64,000 nucleotides of DNA from Trichodelitschia bisporula (Eukaryota): contig ML996687.1 of NCBI GenBank assembly GCA_010356995.1, positions 931,803 through 995,802 of the forward strand. Direction: 5' to 3'. Each line of letters begins with the position of its first letter. Position 1 is the stretch's first letter. The notes beneath the pieces were generated by a model, which was given only the letters and a program-made list of their open reading frames with translations, did not search any database and was not told the DNA's origin. Below, one piece after another: positions 33,890 to 45,195 of the stretch. The position numbers were made by a program, and so were the translations under genes.

Positions 33890-36778
33890 TCACTGAACCA
33901 TGCCCTTCAGTTCCGGTTCTGCCTCCAGAAGAGAGTGAATCTCTCCTTCAAATCGCTTCCCGTCACTCAACTCGTGGACCGTCGCTCTCAACTCCGCAAA
34001 TACCCCCCTCAACTGTTTCCGCAGCTCGCCCCAATTAGCTGTCTCCCCGCTTGGATTTCTTTCCCCAGAAACCTGAACCCAGCATGCCCCCAAACCGGCA
34101 GCAATGTCCCCCCTCCACACCTCGACCCTCGGCCGTGCGTTACGCATCACAGCTTCCAACCCCAGCAGAGAGGCATGCGTCAACTCTGGCATCGCCAGGA
34201 CCAGCGGATCGGCCAGTATACCCGTCAGTAAGGGTACCAGGCCCTTGAGATGCACCACGGAGTGCACCTCTAGTGCATCCAGCACTGTCGGAAGATGTCC
34301 TAATAGCACCACCGCCAGCCTCGGATATGTGCTGTATGGGCAAACAGACAGTGGATGCAAAATTCCTTGCCTGAGTAGCGTCGTAAGTGCACGCACGCGG
34401 GGACTCCGTAGCGTAAAATGGTCGTCGGGCCTCTGCGGTTGAACCGGAGGATCATTGGGATAGGCAACATTTGTAACTGCTAAGATAGCCGGAATAGAGG
34501 CGCCTATAATGGTGGTAGCTTCATCCTCTGGTGTCAAAGTGGGAAGGTATGTGACGGAGATGTAGAGCGAATCAAGGAACAGCTGAGCCAGGCCGGTCCG
34601 CACAAGCAACCCGGAAGGTGTTACCGCCATCACATTACAAACCAGATCCGCACCCAGTGCGCGGGTTTTAGTGTCGGTATCGTCCAAGATACTAAGCAAG
34701 GTAGGAATGAGGGCACCCCATTCTTTCTCCACCGTCCGGGAGTCAAGCGCACGGCATATCCATGTCAAAAGCGGGAAAACCCATATGCTGTTGGGAGGGA
34801 ACTTCCAGGGATGAGAGACGGAATCATCGAGGCTGAGGTTACCAAAGCGAGGTGCAAGAGGTGTCGCAAGGGGCTTACGCCCGGCTGGTGTGACTGGCGT
34901 TTGCGAGGTGGACGCCTGCGAGAAAAGGGGGCGGAGAGTTAGGCTGAGGAAATGAGCAATGAGAGCGGAGACTAGCTCACTGGTATTCTTAGCTTTAAGT
35001 TGCTTGGCCGCCCTGGATGCTCTGGGAACTGTTGTGGAAATGGACTTGAACTCTTCCGACGCCTTCAAGCTGTCCAGCAAGACTTCCTGATCCGTAACCT
35101 CTGGATTTCGTAGCTGCCATGCCATGATGATGTCAAGCGCAGATTTCATCCACGGCCCTGGAGGAGTCGCAAGTGCTCTCGAAAGCGATTTGCCATCTAA
35201 GAGAGGTCTTAGATTATAGGCTTCAGCAATCCCAAGTTCTTGGGTAGCAGAGGTAAAGCGAGTGTAATCGAAGATCAGTTCTGGAAAAGTTAGTAGACGC
35301 CTGAAAACTTCCGATATATACTTGCTTTCTTGCGCTCCAGGGGTCTCCAAAATCTCGACTAGGAGGGCCGACAGGACTTGCAACCTCCATGTCGGGCCCC
35401 AAGTGCGGATTGCCATGCCCAGTGTGTCGCGGGCGGTTACTTGTCTGTCCTTGAGACTCTTGATTTCCTCCAGGTTTCGGACGCAGAGATTGATCAAGTC
35501 CGTGACTTTGTTTGGCGCTTTGAGGCTTTCCCGAGCCACAGATACGGCTATTGGCGGGGCAGTCTTTGCCCCAGTGGGAGGAGAAGGCTCTGAGACTGTG
35601 ATCCATGGGGTCATAGTTGCAACCACCCATGCTAAAAACGACTCTTCCTCATTATGGACAACGAATGATCCGAACTGGCCGGAAGCGTCCTTGAGCAACA
35701 TTGCGAGTGCATCGTACACAGATCGCCAGTTTCCAGTATCTGGAACTTGCACATTCTCACCAGTTGGGTTGGTGAAGATAGTGGAGTAGAGATTCAGACT
35801 GTCAAAGAACTCAAGAGCCCTTCGCGGGTCCTGTCCCCTGAGAATCTTCTCAAGTTCCATCCAAATGCGTTCCTTGGTGATTTTGAGCTTGAGGGCTTCC
35901 CGAATATCGGGGTGAGCCATGTATCCCAGGGCGTGGTCGTCGATCCGGTAGCCCAGCCTGCATGCAAAGCGTATGAGACGTAAGACACGTAACGGGTCGT
36001 CCTTGAACGTGGTATAGGGTTCAAGTGGGGTGCGAATGAGACCGGCTTTGAGATCTTGAAGGCCCTGCTCGGTGAAGTCTTCGATGGATGACGTGTTGAG
36101 GTTGTAAAACATGGCGTTTATGGTGGCATCACGTCGCAGGGCATCTTCTTTTGCCGTTCCAAACTCCATTTGCGGGTTGCGGCTGTCACTGGTGTACGTT
36201 TCCTTACGTAGGTTCACCAGGTCGACTTCCAGGCCTAAGATTTTGCTGGTAACAGTCTCCAGGTGCTTTGACTTGTCCGGATTTGCTTCGATCTTGGTGA
36301 GACTACCAGCCTTTCTCTTCGCGCCTTCGAGCCCGTATTTGGCAGCATTTCCAGGCGCATCGAGGTACTCTTGCAGACGAAGACCAAATTGGTAGCCCGT
36401 CAGCTTGTTAATGCCGACATCAACGTCGTGGCTCTCCAAGCCTAGCAGCTTGTCTCTCACCCATCCTCCTGTGAATCGGAGTGTCAAGGGTTCTTCGGCA
36501 AGTTGGTTTGGCACAGACTCAGCCGGCGGCGGATCCTGCTCAATGTGCTCCGCAACGTCGAGCAACAGGCGCTTAAGATTGGCTTCTTGGTCGTTGAGGG
36601 GGATTGCAGTGTCCGTCATGTCTTCCAACTTCCTCTTCTTGACTGGCCTGAAATCCGATGTTTGGGGACTGCTGGATCGATCGGACATGGAACGAAAGGG
36701 AATGGACGAATGTTCGCGGCTCGCCGATGGGAACCTCCTCGCACTTTTAAGTAGCAGCCTCAGCCCGATTCGACTCAT
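33890..36778 (-). CDS. CCA1: tRNA CCA-adding nucleotidyltransferase with an in-frame C-terminal Tti2-like helical domain
   Basis: LRFTGGWVRDKLLG..DVDV, HLET, DLVNLRKETY, EDALRRDATINA, DDPLRVLRLIRF and PGPWM..MAWQL; the frame then stays open for about 370 aa with LRPLF, TPAGRK, PWK, LIPTLLSILDD, RTGL and YLPTLTP motifs. Confidence 0.9.
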   Translation of the reverse strand: MSRIGLRLLLKSARRFPSASREHSSIPFRSMSDRSSSPQTSDFRPVKKRKLEDMTDTAIPLNDQEANLKRLLLDVAEHIEQDPPPAESVPNQLAEEPLTLRFTGGWVRDKLLGLESHDVDVGINKLTGYQFGLRLQEYLDAPGNAAKYGLEGAKRKAGSLTKIEANPDKSKHLETVTSKILGLEVDLVNLRKETYTSDSRNPQMEFGTAKEDALRRDATINAMFYNLNTSSIEDFTEQGLQDLKAGLIRTPLEPYTTFKDDPLRVLRLIRFACRLGYRIDDHALGYMAHPDIREALKLKITKERIWMELEKILRGQDPRRALEFFDSLNLYSTIFTNPTGENVQVPDTGNWRSVYDALAMLLKDASGQFGSFVVHNEEESFLAWVVATMTPWITVSEPSPPTGAKTAPPIAVSVARESLKAPNKVTDLINLCVRNLEEIKSLKDRQVTARDTLGMAIRTWGPTWRLQVLSALLVEILETPGAQESKYISEVFRRLLTFPELIFDYTRFTSATQELGIAEAYNLRPLLDGKSLSRALATPPGPWMKSALDIIMAWQLRNPEVTDQEVLLDSLKASEEFKSISTTVPRASRAAKQLKAKNTSELVSALIAHFLSLTLRPLFSQASTSQTPVTPAGRKPLATPLAPRFGNLSLDDSVSHPWKFPPNSIWVFPLLTWICRALDSRTVEKEWGALIPTLLSILDDTDTKTRALGADLVCNVMAVTPSGLLVRTGLAQLFLDSLYISVTYLPTLTPEDEATTIIGASIPAILAVTNVAYPNDPPVQPQRPDDHFTLRSPRVRALTTLLRQGILHPLSVCPYSTYPRLAVVLLGHLPTVLDALEVHSVVHLKGLVPLLTGILADPLVLAMPELTHASLLGLEAVMRNARPRVEVWRGDIAAGLGACWVQVSGERNPSGETANWGELRKQLRGVFAELRATVHELSDGKRFEGEIHSLLEAEPELKGMVQ

Positions 36779-38229
36779 ATATTCATTGCTGGACAAGTTG
36801 CGTGGTAAAGCTGGCGAAGGGATTCTACCAGGACTGCGTCAGAAGCGGCTGGTGTACGTGAAAGGGAAAGCAAAGTGGGACAGCGTGAAAATTGAATGCG
36901 TCGTAGTTGCAGTCGCAAAAGCTGTAAGTTGAAAGTGTGAAGAGGAGCGGAGACGATGACGAAGAACCGAAAGGTGCACAAAAGGCCCGGTCCGGGCGTT
37001 GATTCAGGCAGCCATTTTGTTCGTTCCTCAGGCAATAGTTGACAAGCAGCGGAATCGAGGCTGACGAGCCCGCCGTCTTCATCTCAAGATACAGAAAGCT
37101 TCAATCGCTACAGTCAGCACCAGCAAACAACAGAACTTTTCCTCTTCATTCGTAGGCCATCCCATACCACTAACCAACATGACAATCTCTGACAGTCCTA
37201 CTTGCTATAAGCTGCCAATTTTTTCTTGACCTCTTTCTGAGCTTCTCGGCGACGACATCTTGCTACGGGTAGCTCCTGCGGACAGGACATCGGCCGCTCA
37301 TCTATGCGTAGAACCTAGTGCATATATACGCTCCAAGCTCCCATGGACTTAATTCTTGTGACTCGCCAAAAAATCACCTCGATACGGTAGAAACAAGGCG
37401 CGCGCTTCCGAGGTAACCATGGCTGTTCTTCCGCTTCTCCGTCGGATAAACGATCGGCTTTCCATCTGCCTGGTCAATCTACAGCACGTTTCCTGAGGCG
37501 AAGCGGATTTACCCGATCCCATCGTGATGCTCGGATTGCCCAGCGGTGTACTACGTACCTGCGCGCGAGTAAATGGCACATGCCGCGGGAAAAGTAAGTT
37601 GAAGACGTCACGGACGCAAAAGCGCAAATGGCGCATGGAGGTTCAAAGGTGGGGGGGAGGAAGTCATCGCAAACGTCCTTTACGCAAACTAAGCGCGAAC
37701 AAAATGACGCCCCCAGCAAACGATAAGATCTATGGTGCTCCGTAAACAGCTATACGTGAATTAATCGTCTCCGACGGGGGCAGAGTGGGACTCCGGTATC
37801 CAAGAACTCCCCCGGGCATTACCGTGATGTCGTTCAGGTATTGCTTCTCCACCCCTCCCGCAATCGTCCAGTAGTCCAGCGCCCCCAGTGCCCCTCCCCC
37901 TCCCCCCCTCACCCCACCATCAACAAGCGGCCAAGCAACCCCTCCCACCAGTAGACTTTACGGCCCCGCCCCGGATTTCTCCCTGGTTCTTAAAGTTGCG
38001 CTGCGAAATTCCTTTAAACGTCCCGACAATCCCCTCCCTCACAGGCTTCCCGTCATCCTTTCCCCAACTCCCCTCGCACCGTCAACCTTTCCTCCCCCTC
38101 ATAACTTGCTCCATTGACCCTCAATCCGTTCACCAAACAAACCTAGAGCTCCGTAAGTCGCGTTAACGTCATATCTCGTTGAACTCTCCTGACTTGGCTT
38201 CGTGCTCTCAGTGCCAGTACTCTGCAATC

Positions 38230-39548
38230 ATGGGTGCCACGGACGTTCTGTCGCGCAAGTCCGGTGTCATCGTCGGTATGTTCATTAATTTGCTCCTGCG
38301 TCGCGTCTCGCGAGGTCTGGCAAGCCGCTCCGTTAAACGGAGCTAACCAAGCTACCCCACAGGCGATGACGTCCGCGCTCTCTTCAAATATGCTCAGGAG
38401 CACAACTTCGCCATCCCCGCGATCAACGTCACCTCCAGCAGCACCGTCGTAGCTTCTCTTGAGGCTGCCCGTGATGCAAAGTCCCCGATCATCCTCCAGA
38501 TGTCGCAGGGTGGGGGTGCCTACTTCGCCGGAAAGGGTGAGTCCTAAACCTTGTCTCGGTTGCTTTTCTCCCCCACGCCACCGACCTATCTCTGCACCCC
38601 CAAGCCCTGGCTGATGTGAAAAAACAAACAATTAGGTGTCTCCAATGGTGATCAGGCTGCTTCCGTTGCCGGTTCTATCGCCGGTGCCGTGTACATCCGT
38701 GCCATCGCTCCTAGCTATGGCATCCCCGTCATCCTCCACACTGACCATTGTGCCAAGAAGCTGCTGCCGTGGCTGGACGGTATGCTCGACGAGGATGAGC
38801 GCTACTTCAAGGAGCACGGCGAGCCGCTGTTCTCATCGCACATGATCGACTTGTCTGAGGAGCCCATGGACTACAATATCCAGACGACTGCCAAGTACCT
38901 GAAGCGTTCGGCGCCCATGAAGCAGTGGTTGGAGATGGAGATCGGCATCACCGGTGGCGAGGAAGATGGTGTGAATAATGAGGACGTGGACAATGCCTCG
39001 CTCTACACCCAAGTGCGTCCCTATTGTCTCTTTACTAATTAACGAGAGCTAACATATCCCAGCCCGAAGACATCTACGAGATATACAAGACTCTCTCCCC
39101 GATCAGCCCCTACTTCTCTATCGCGGCCGGCTTCGGCAATGTGCATGGCGTGTACAAGCCGGGTAACGTGAAGCTGCATCCCGAGCTGCTGTCCAAGCAC
39201 CAGGATTATGTTCGGGAGAAGATCAGCTCAGAGGACCCAAAGCCTTGCTTCCTTGTCTTCCACGGCGGCTCCGGCTCGACCAAGGAGGAGTTTAGGGAGG
39301 CCATCAGCTACGGCGTTGTCAAGGTCAACCTCGACACTGATCTGCAGTGGGCTTACACCTGCGGCATTCGGGACTACATGCTCAACAAGAAGGAGTACGT
39401 TAGCACCCAGGTCGGTAACCCCGATGGCGATGACAAGCCCAACAAGAAGTACTATGATCCGCGCGTGTGGGTCCGTGAGGGCGAGAAGACCATGTCGGCT
39501 CGCGTGAAGGAGGCGCTCACCGACTTCAACACCGCGGGCCAGTTGTAA
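38230..39548 (+). CDS. FBA1: Fructose-bisphosphate aldolase class II (3 coding introns plus a 5'UTR intron at about 38153-38210)
   Basis: FAIPAINVT, LHTDHCAKKLLPW, FSSHMIDLSEE, LEMEIGITGGEEDGV, FGNVHGVYKPGN, VFHGGSG and NKKYYDPR. Confidence 0.97.
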
Positions 39549-39836
39549 GGCTGCTGCACGCTTCCAAGGCTTGACGGATGTGAGGCTAGAATGCACAGAT
39601 TACTGGGAAGTATGTATAGCTAGCAGCAAGTTAACTACGAGGCGGCAGGCAGATTGAAAAAATCTTCACCTTTCAATGCCATGCTTCAATGACCTTAAAC
39701 CGTCCGATGTGAAAATGCTCAAATAAGGCTGCATGCCATGCCTCTCTGCGTCATGGTGCAGGCCAAACCTCATTGGAGAGTCGTGGCCCCAACCCCGGCT
39801 CGGAAAAACTTAACACCGATACACTATTCCCAATTC

Positions 39837-39857
39837 GGAACCTGGAACCTGGAACCT
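39837..39857. repeat. (GGAACCT)x3 tandem repeat in the RPN5 promoter
   Basis: ggaacctggaacctggaacct seen directly. Confidence 0.8.
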
Positions 39858-40005
39858 GAGGTGCCTGAGCAGCTGCGGTGAACTGTCGAAGGCTAAGGTC
39901 ACGACATCATCGCCGCATCTTCCTCCATACCTCTTCCATCGACGCTCCCCGCCCTTCTCACAGCTTGCACCCGCAAAACCCCAGCCTAGTTGAACGCGCA
40001 CGGCC

Positions 40006-41630
40006 ATGTCCGAGGGACAGATCTTAAAGGCCGATAAGGACTTCACGGCGGAGGTTGACAATCAGCTCCCGGCCGCCCAGGAACTCGCGAAGGTATTAAC
40101 TCTTACAGATCCCGCGGGCATCGCTAATCCACCATTTTAGACTAATGTCGCTGCCGCGATAGAGAAGCTGTCGGCTTTGGAAAAACAGACGCGCCAAGTA
40201 CGTATTTCAGTCCTCAACCCTCCTTGCTGCGGCGGCTTACCTGTTTGCAGGCCTCCGACCTCCCCTCCACTTCACGTCTGCTCATCGGTATCGTCACGAT
40301 ATGTAAAGAAGTCGGCGACTGGAATCTGCTCAACGAGCAGGTCCTGCTGCTGTCGAAGAAGCATGGCCAGCTCAAGCAAGCTGTCACCAAGATGGTGCAG
40401 ACAGTGATGGGCTTCCTGGACCGAACTCCCAACCTCGAAACCAAGCTATCAGTCATCGAGACACTGCGTACAGTGACGGAAGGGAAGATCTTCGTTGAAG
40501 TCGAGCGCGCCCGCGTCACACGAATCCTCTCCAACATAAAGAAGGAGCAGGGCGACATCAAGGCTGCCACGGACATCCTCTGTGAACTCCAAGTTGAAAC
40601 CTTCGGGTCTATGTCCAAGCGGGAGAAGACCGAGTTCATTCTCGATCAAGTTGGGCTCTGCATACAAAAGGGCGACTGGACACAGGCTGGTATTTTGAGC
40701 CGGAAAATCAGTACAAAGTACTTTACGAGGAAGCCCAAGAAAACATCTGCAGAGCTTGAGAAGGAGAGAGAGGAAAAAGCCAAGAAGGAGAAGAAAAAGA
40801 GCGCCGATGAACCAGAGGCTGAACCCGAAGAGGACGTAACCCCTCTGAAGTTGAGATACTACGAGCAACAGATCCAACTGGCCAAGCACGACGACAAATA
40901 TCTTGAGGTTTGCAAGCATTACTGGCAGGTTCTGGACACGGAATCTATTGAATCAAACGCAACTCTGTCCAAGGAGGTGTGTTTGCCTATTTCCTTTGTA
41001 CTTGTCAGTCTAACTCGACTAACGGCACTCAAGGTTTTGAAGCGGTTGGCGTGGTACGCCATACTGGCCCCGCACAGCAACGAGCAGTCTGATCTGCTCC
41101 ACCGCGTAAAGGCCGATACTCGATACGAACAGCTACCGCATGAAGCTCAGCTGCTACGACTGTTCACACTGCACGAGTTGATGAGGTGGCCAATTGTTGC
41201 GAGGCAGTTTGAATCACATCTGACAGATGATGAAGTCTTCGACAGCGAGCCGGACCAATCTGACGACCCCAAGGCGTATCAGCGTTGGGAGGACTTTCGT
41301 AAGCGCATTATCGAACATAACGTCCGCGTGATCGCCAAGTATTACACCCGCATTCAGATGCCTAGATTGACGCAGCTCCTCGACTTGACGGAAGATGAGA
41401 CGGAGAAGTACATCAGCGAGCTGGTCACTTCAAAGACGATCTACGCCAAAATCGACCGCCCCGCCAAGATTGTCAGCTTTGCCAAGCCGCGCGATGCCGA
41501 CGACGTGTTGAACGAGTGGAGCGGAAATATGAGAAGCCTGCTGGGGCTTCTCGAGCGCATCGATCACTTGATCACCAAAGAGGAGATGATGGCTAGGATC
41601 CAGCCCAAGAGCGTCAAGGCAAGTGCGTAA
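40006..41630 (+). CDS. RPN5: 26S proteasome lid subunit Rpn5 (PCI domain), 3 introns
   Basis: LKADKDFT, LEKQTRQ|ASD, KKHGQLKQA, VTEGKIFVEVERAR, ELQVETFGSM, EHNVRVIAKYY and AKIDRP. Confidence 0.96.
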
Positions 41631-41897
41631 TCGGCGGGTGGGATATGACGGAGGCAGCATCACGGGGAATGGATGTGACGGTGTTATGCATTACTCGGGC
41701 CTAGAATCACGACTTTACATACACGCTGTCGCCTCAGCAGCTTCAGCATATACTGTAGAGCACATCAGTATTAAGAAGCACCCTTGACCCGTGCTTTGAA
41801 GTCTATTGTGTTGCTACTGTGGTCCCCCTGACAACCGCACAGCTAGTCTTGCTCCGTTTCAGGCTAGCTCTGATGTAGAGATACTGCAGTCCCGTCT

Positions 41898-42431
41898 TCA
41901 GGAACGTCCGCTGCCAAAGTCCTCCATGTTCTTTGCAGCTGGGTCCACGTGCGCGAGTCGAACTGGTTGAGACTCGCGGCGAGTTGCCGTCGGCTCAGGG
42001 GCGTCGACGTTGGCTGAGCGACGGACACCGATGATGTTTTCTATCACTTTGGCTTTGGAAATGGCTCTCTTGTAGCGATCATCAAAGTCAGACACGGCTT
42101 CCTCGGTGTTCTGTGTCGACAGACTCTCGGGCTCGCTCAAAGCGTAAAGAGCCGTAATGTGGCGCTCTAAGCGCGGATTTGAAGGCAACGCTTCGAGTTG
42201 TGACGAGGCTGGCGCGGTGGAGTCTGAGACCACCCTCGATGATTGAACAGCCCAGACACATGCTTGTCCGTGAAGCGCGCCAACTGCAACGAACTTTTCG
42301 AAGGCCTTCTCGAGGCCAAAGACCCGCCCTTCGATGCGTCCTGCGCGCGAGCCATCCTGGACGCCTTCCTGGTAACCTTCCTCGTAGTACCGATCCTCGA
42401 GGTTGAGGATGTCGTCGAAAAGATCATCCAT
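41898..42431 (-). CDS. LTO1: Lto1/ORAOV1-like protein (Yae1_N, deca-GX3 motif), CIA adaptor for Rli1
   Basis: MDDLFDDILNLEDRYYEEGYQEGVQDGSRAGRIEGRVFGLEKAFEKF with GX3 periodicity. Confidence 0.8.
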   Translation of the reverse strand: MDDLFDDILNLEDRYYEEGYQEGVQDGSRAGRIEGRVFGLEKAFEKFVAVGALHGQACVWAVQSSRVVSDSTAPASSQLEALPSNPRLERHITALYALSEPESLSTQNTEEAVSDFDDRYKRAISKAKVIENIIGVRRSANVDAPEPTATRRESQPVRLAHVDPAAKNMEDFGSGRS

Positions 42432-42708
42432 AGGTGTGTGAAAGGAGTAGTAGCAATGGGAAGTCGACAAGGTGACCTCGTATAAAAATGGTTGAGCCGG
42501 GAAGGAGAAGAGGGGAACGTGATGGCGACGGTAGGCGGAGCGGGGTTGAGCGGGGTGGGGCGGGGCGGAGGTGTGATGGCGGCAGGCTGCCTGCCGTGCC
42601 TGACCGTTTGATGCTTGGCAGAAATTTAGCGGGGCTAGTAAGAATGCGGGGCGCAACTCGCGACTTTGCTTGACTATTTCATAGTGCCAAGCGGCCCCGC
42701 CATGTGAG

Positions 42709-42749
42709 TCGACGAAGCAGTGATATCGACGAAGCAGTGATATCGACGA
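42709..42749. repeat. 17-bp tandem repeat TCGACGAAGCAGTGATA x2.4 in the LTO1/MES1 divergent promoter
   Basis: Exact copies at 42709-42725 and 42726-42742, partial copy to 42749. Confidence 0.9.
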
Positions 42750-42811
42750 CAACGGCCGCATACTTCAGCATCAGCTCAATCAACCGCTATCCCGTTGTTC
42801 ACACCTCCCGA

Positions 42812-44960
42812 ATGACTTCGTCGGATAAAATTCTCCCTGAAAAGGGTGCCCGCAGCATTCTCATCACATCAGCACTTCCTTATGTGAACAATGTCCCGCA
42901 TCTCGGAAACATCGTTGGCTCAGTTCTCAGCGCCGACGTGTTTGCGCGGTATTGTCGGCTGAGAGGCTACCGCACGCTTTACGTTTGCGGTACGGATGAG
43001 GTATGCTCCTGGCCCGTTTTCCCTTGAACTCAGCAAACTGACCACGTCTAGTACGGAACAGCTACGGAAACCAAGGCCATAGAAGAAGGCGTGACTCCGC
43101 GTCAGCTTTGCGACAAATACTTCGACCTTCACTCCGAAGTCTATAATTGGTTCGACTTATCCTTCGACATATTTGGGAGGACCAGCACACAGCTGGGCAT
43201 CAAAATTGCTCAGCACATTTTCCTGAAGCTGCACGAGAATGAGTACTTGGAGGAGCGCACAACTATCCAACCCTTCTGTGAAGATCCGAAACATCAGTCA
43301 TTCCTTGCAGACCGCTTCGTCGAAGGCGAATGTCCGCTGTGCGGTTATCTCGATGCCCGTGGTGATCAGTGCGACAAATGCGGCCATCTCCTTGACCCAC
43401 TTGTGAGTCTGCTTAGATTTGCTTCATTGTACCTCTAAGCTAATTACACATATAAGGATCTGAAAAACCCGCGCTGCAAGCTAGACGGCACAACCCCTGT
43501 CCCAAAGGAAACCAAGCACGTCTTTATACTCCTGGACAAGCTTCAGCCTGCTGTAGAGGAGTTCGTCAGCACTTCAAGCAAAAAGGGTGGTTGGTCAGCC
43601 AATGGTATCAGTATCACAGAGAAATGGCTCAATGAGGGCCTCAAGCCTCGGGGAATCACAAGGGATCTGAGGTGGGGGGTTCCAGTTCCCCTCCCTGGAT
43701 ATGAGAACAAGGTTCTCTACGTGTGGTTTGACGCTTGCATCGGATACGTATCGATAACCGCCAACTACACCTCCGAATGGGAACAGTGGTGGAGGAATGA
43801 TGACGTCCAGCTCTTCCAGTTCATGGGCAAGGATAACGTTCCCTTCCATACTGTCATCTTCCCCAGCAGTCAAATCGGAACTGGGGAAAAGTGGACAAAG
43901 TTGCACCATCTGAGCACTACAGAATACCTGAACTACGAGGGCGGCAAATTTTCAAAGTCTCGGGGCATCGGGGTTTTTGGGAACAGCGCTCAGGCGACCG
44001 GCATTCCTCCGGACGTGTGGAGATACTATCTTCTCAGCCATAGGTTTGTTTCTGTTATCCTTTTATGAACCTTTCTTACCTCTTCCCAGACCCGAATCAG
44101 GCGACTCGGAGTTTGTCTGGTCGCAGTTCATCGAGGGGAATAACAACGAACTTCTCAAGAACTTGGGCAATCTGGTGAACCGCATCATCAAGTTCGTCGG
44201 CTCGAAAACTTACGATTCCGTTGTTCCGGACTACACCCAGTACACCGAACCGCTGTTTGATGAGCACAAGGCCGCCACAAATACAGCGCTCAAAGAGTAC
44301 GTAGCGACTCTGGAGGCTGTTAAGCTTAAAGCTGGTCTGGCAATTGCCATGCAAGTCTCTTCCCTCGGCAACAAGCTTCTGCAGGATCACCATCTTGATA
44401 ACAAGCTGTTCGAATCCAACCCTCAGAAGTGTGCAGCTGTCGCTGGCCTTGCCCTTTCGCACGTCCACTTGCTCGCATCTCTGATCTCGCCTTACATGCC
44501 CGCCACCTCGGTTTCGATTCTAGAACAGCTGAACGCACAGCCGCTGCAGATTCCGGACGAGTTCAGCCTCGACTCCATCCCGCCGGGCCACCGTATCGGG
44601 AAACCGGCGTATCTCTTCACCCAGATAAAGCCTGAGAAGGAAGAGGAATGGCGAAATCTGTTCGGCGGCGAAGAGGCCCGCAAGGCGCGTGAGGAGATGG
44701 CAGCGAAGGCTGCAGCCAAGAAGGCTGAGAAGGACAAAAAGAAGGCCAAAGCCTCCAAGGGTCCTGCTCCCCTGACTCCGGAGGAAGAGGCAGCAAAGAA
44801 GGCGGCCAAAAAGGCGGCCAAGAAGGAGAAGCTGGCCAAGGCAGCGGCGGGGAGGAGCGTGGAGGCGATTGAAAAGGATGGGGCGCAGAACCCCGACGCC
44901 GGCACGGCGCTCGAGGAGGTCACCGAGGGTGTGAAGCAGACGGTTCTGCAGACATCCTGA
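42812..44960 (+). CDS. MES1: Cytosolic methionyl-tRNA synthetase, 3 introns
   Basis: [23 protein letters not shown], zinc knuckle [28 protein letters not shown] and KFSKS. Confidence 0.97.
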
Positions 44961-45195
44961 GTGAAATATGGAGCATGGAGTCCTGTCTGAATCTAGCTAG
45001 CTAGCCGTCTCTAGATCTGATCATCGTAGATTAGAATTTTGGGTTTCCCCTTCCAGTCGTGCCTTGTGCCACACTCCGGGCCTGATGACGGCATTTTATT
45101 CTACTTTTGTGCATTTCGCATACATACACGTTCCGTTCATTATCCTCACTTCATGCCCCACGCCTTAAGCCTGTTATTCGTGCAGTCATTTCTCA

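Noticed and set aside
38691..38700. TACATCCGTG in FBA1 and TACGGATGAG in MES1 as copies of the intergenic 10-mer
   Set aside because: Only 9/10 and 8/10 matches, explained by coding sequence (YIR, GTDE); not counted.
42709..42749. Short direct repeats as a CRISPR-like array (also 58489-58537)
   Set aside because: Only two copies, no unique spacers, eukaryotic context, no cas genes.
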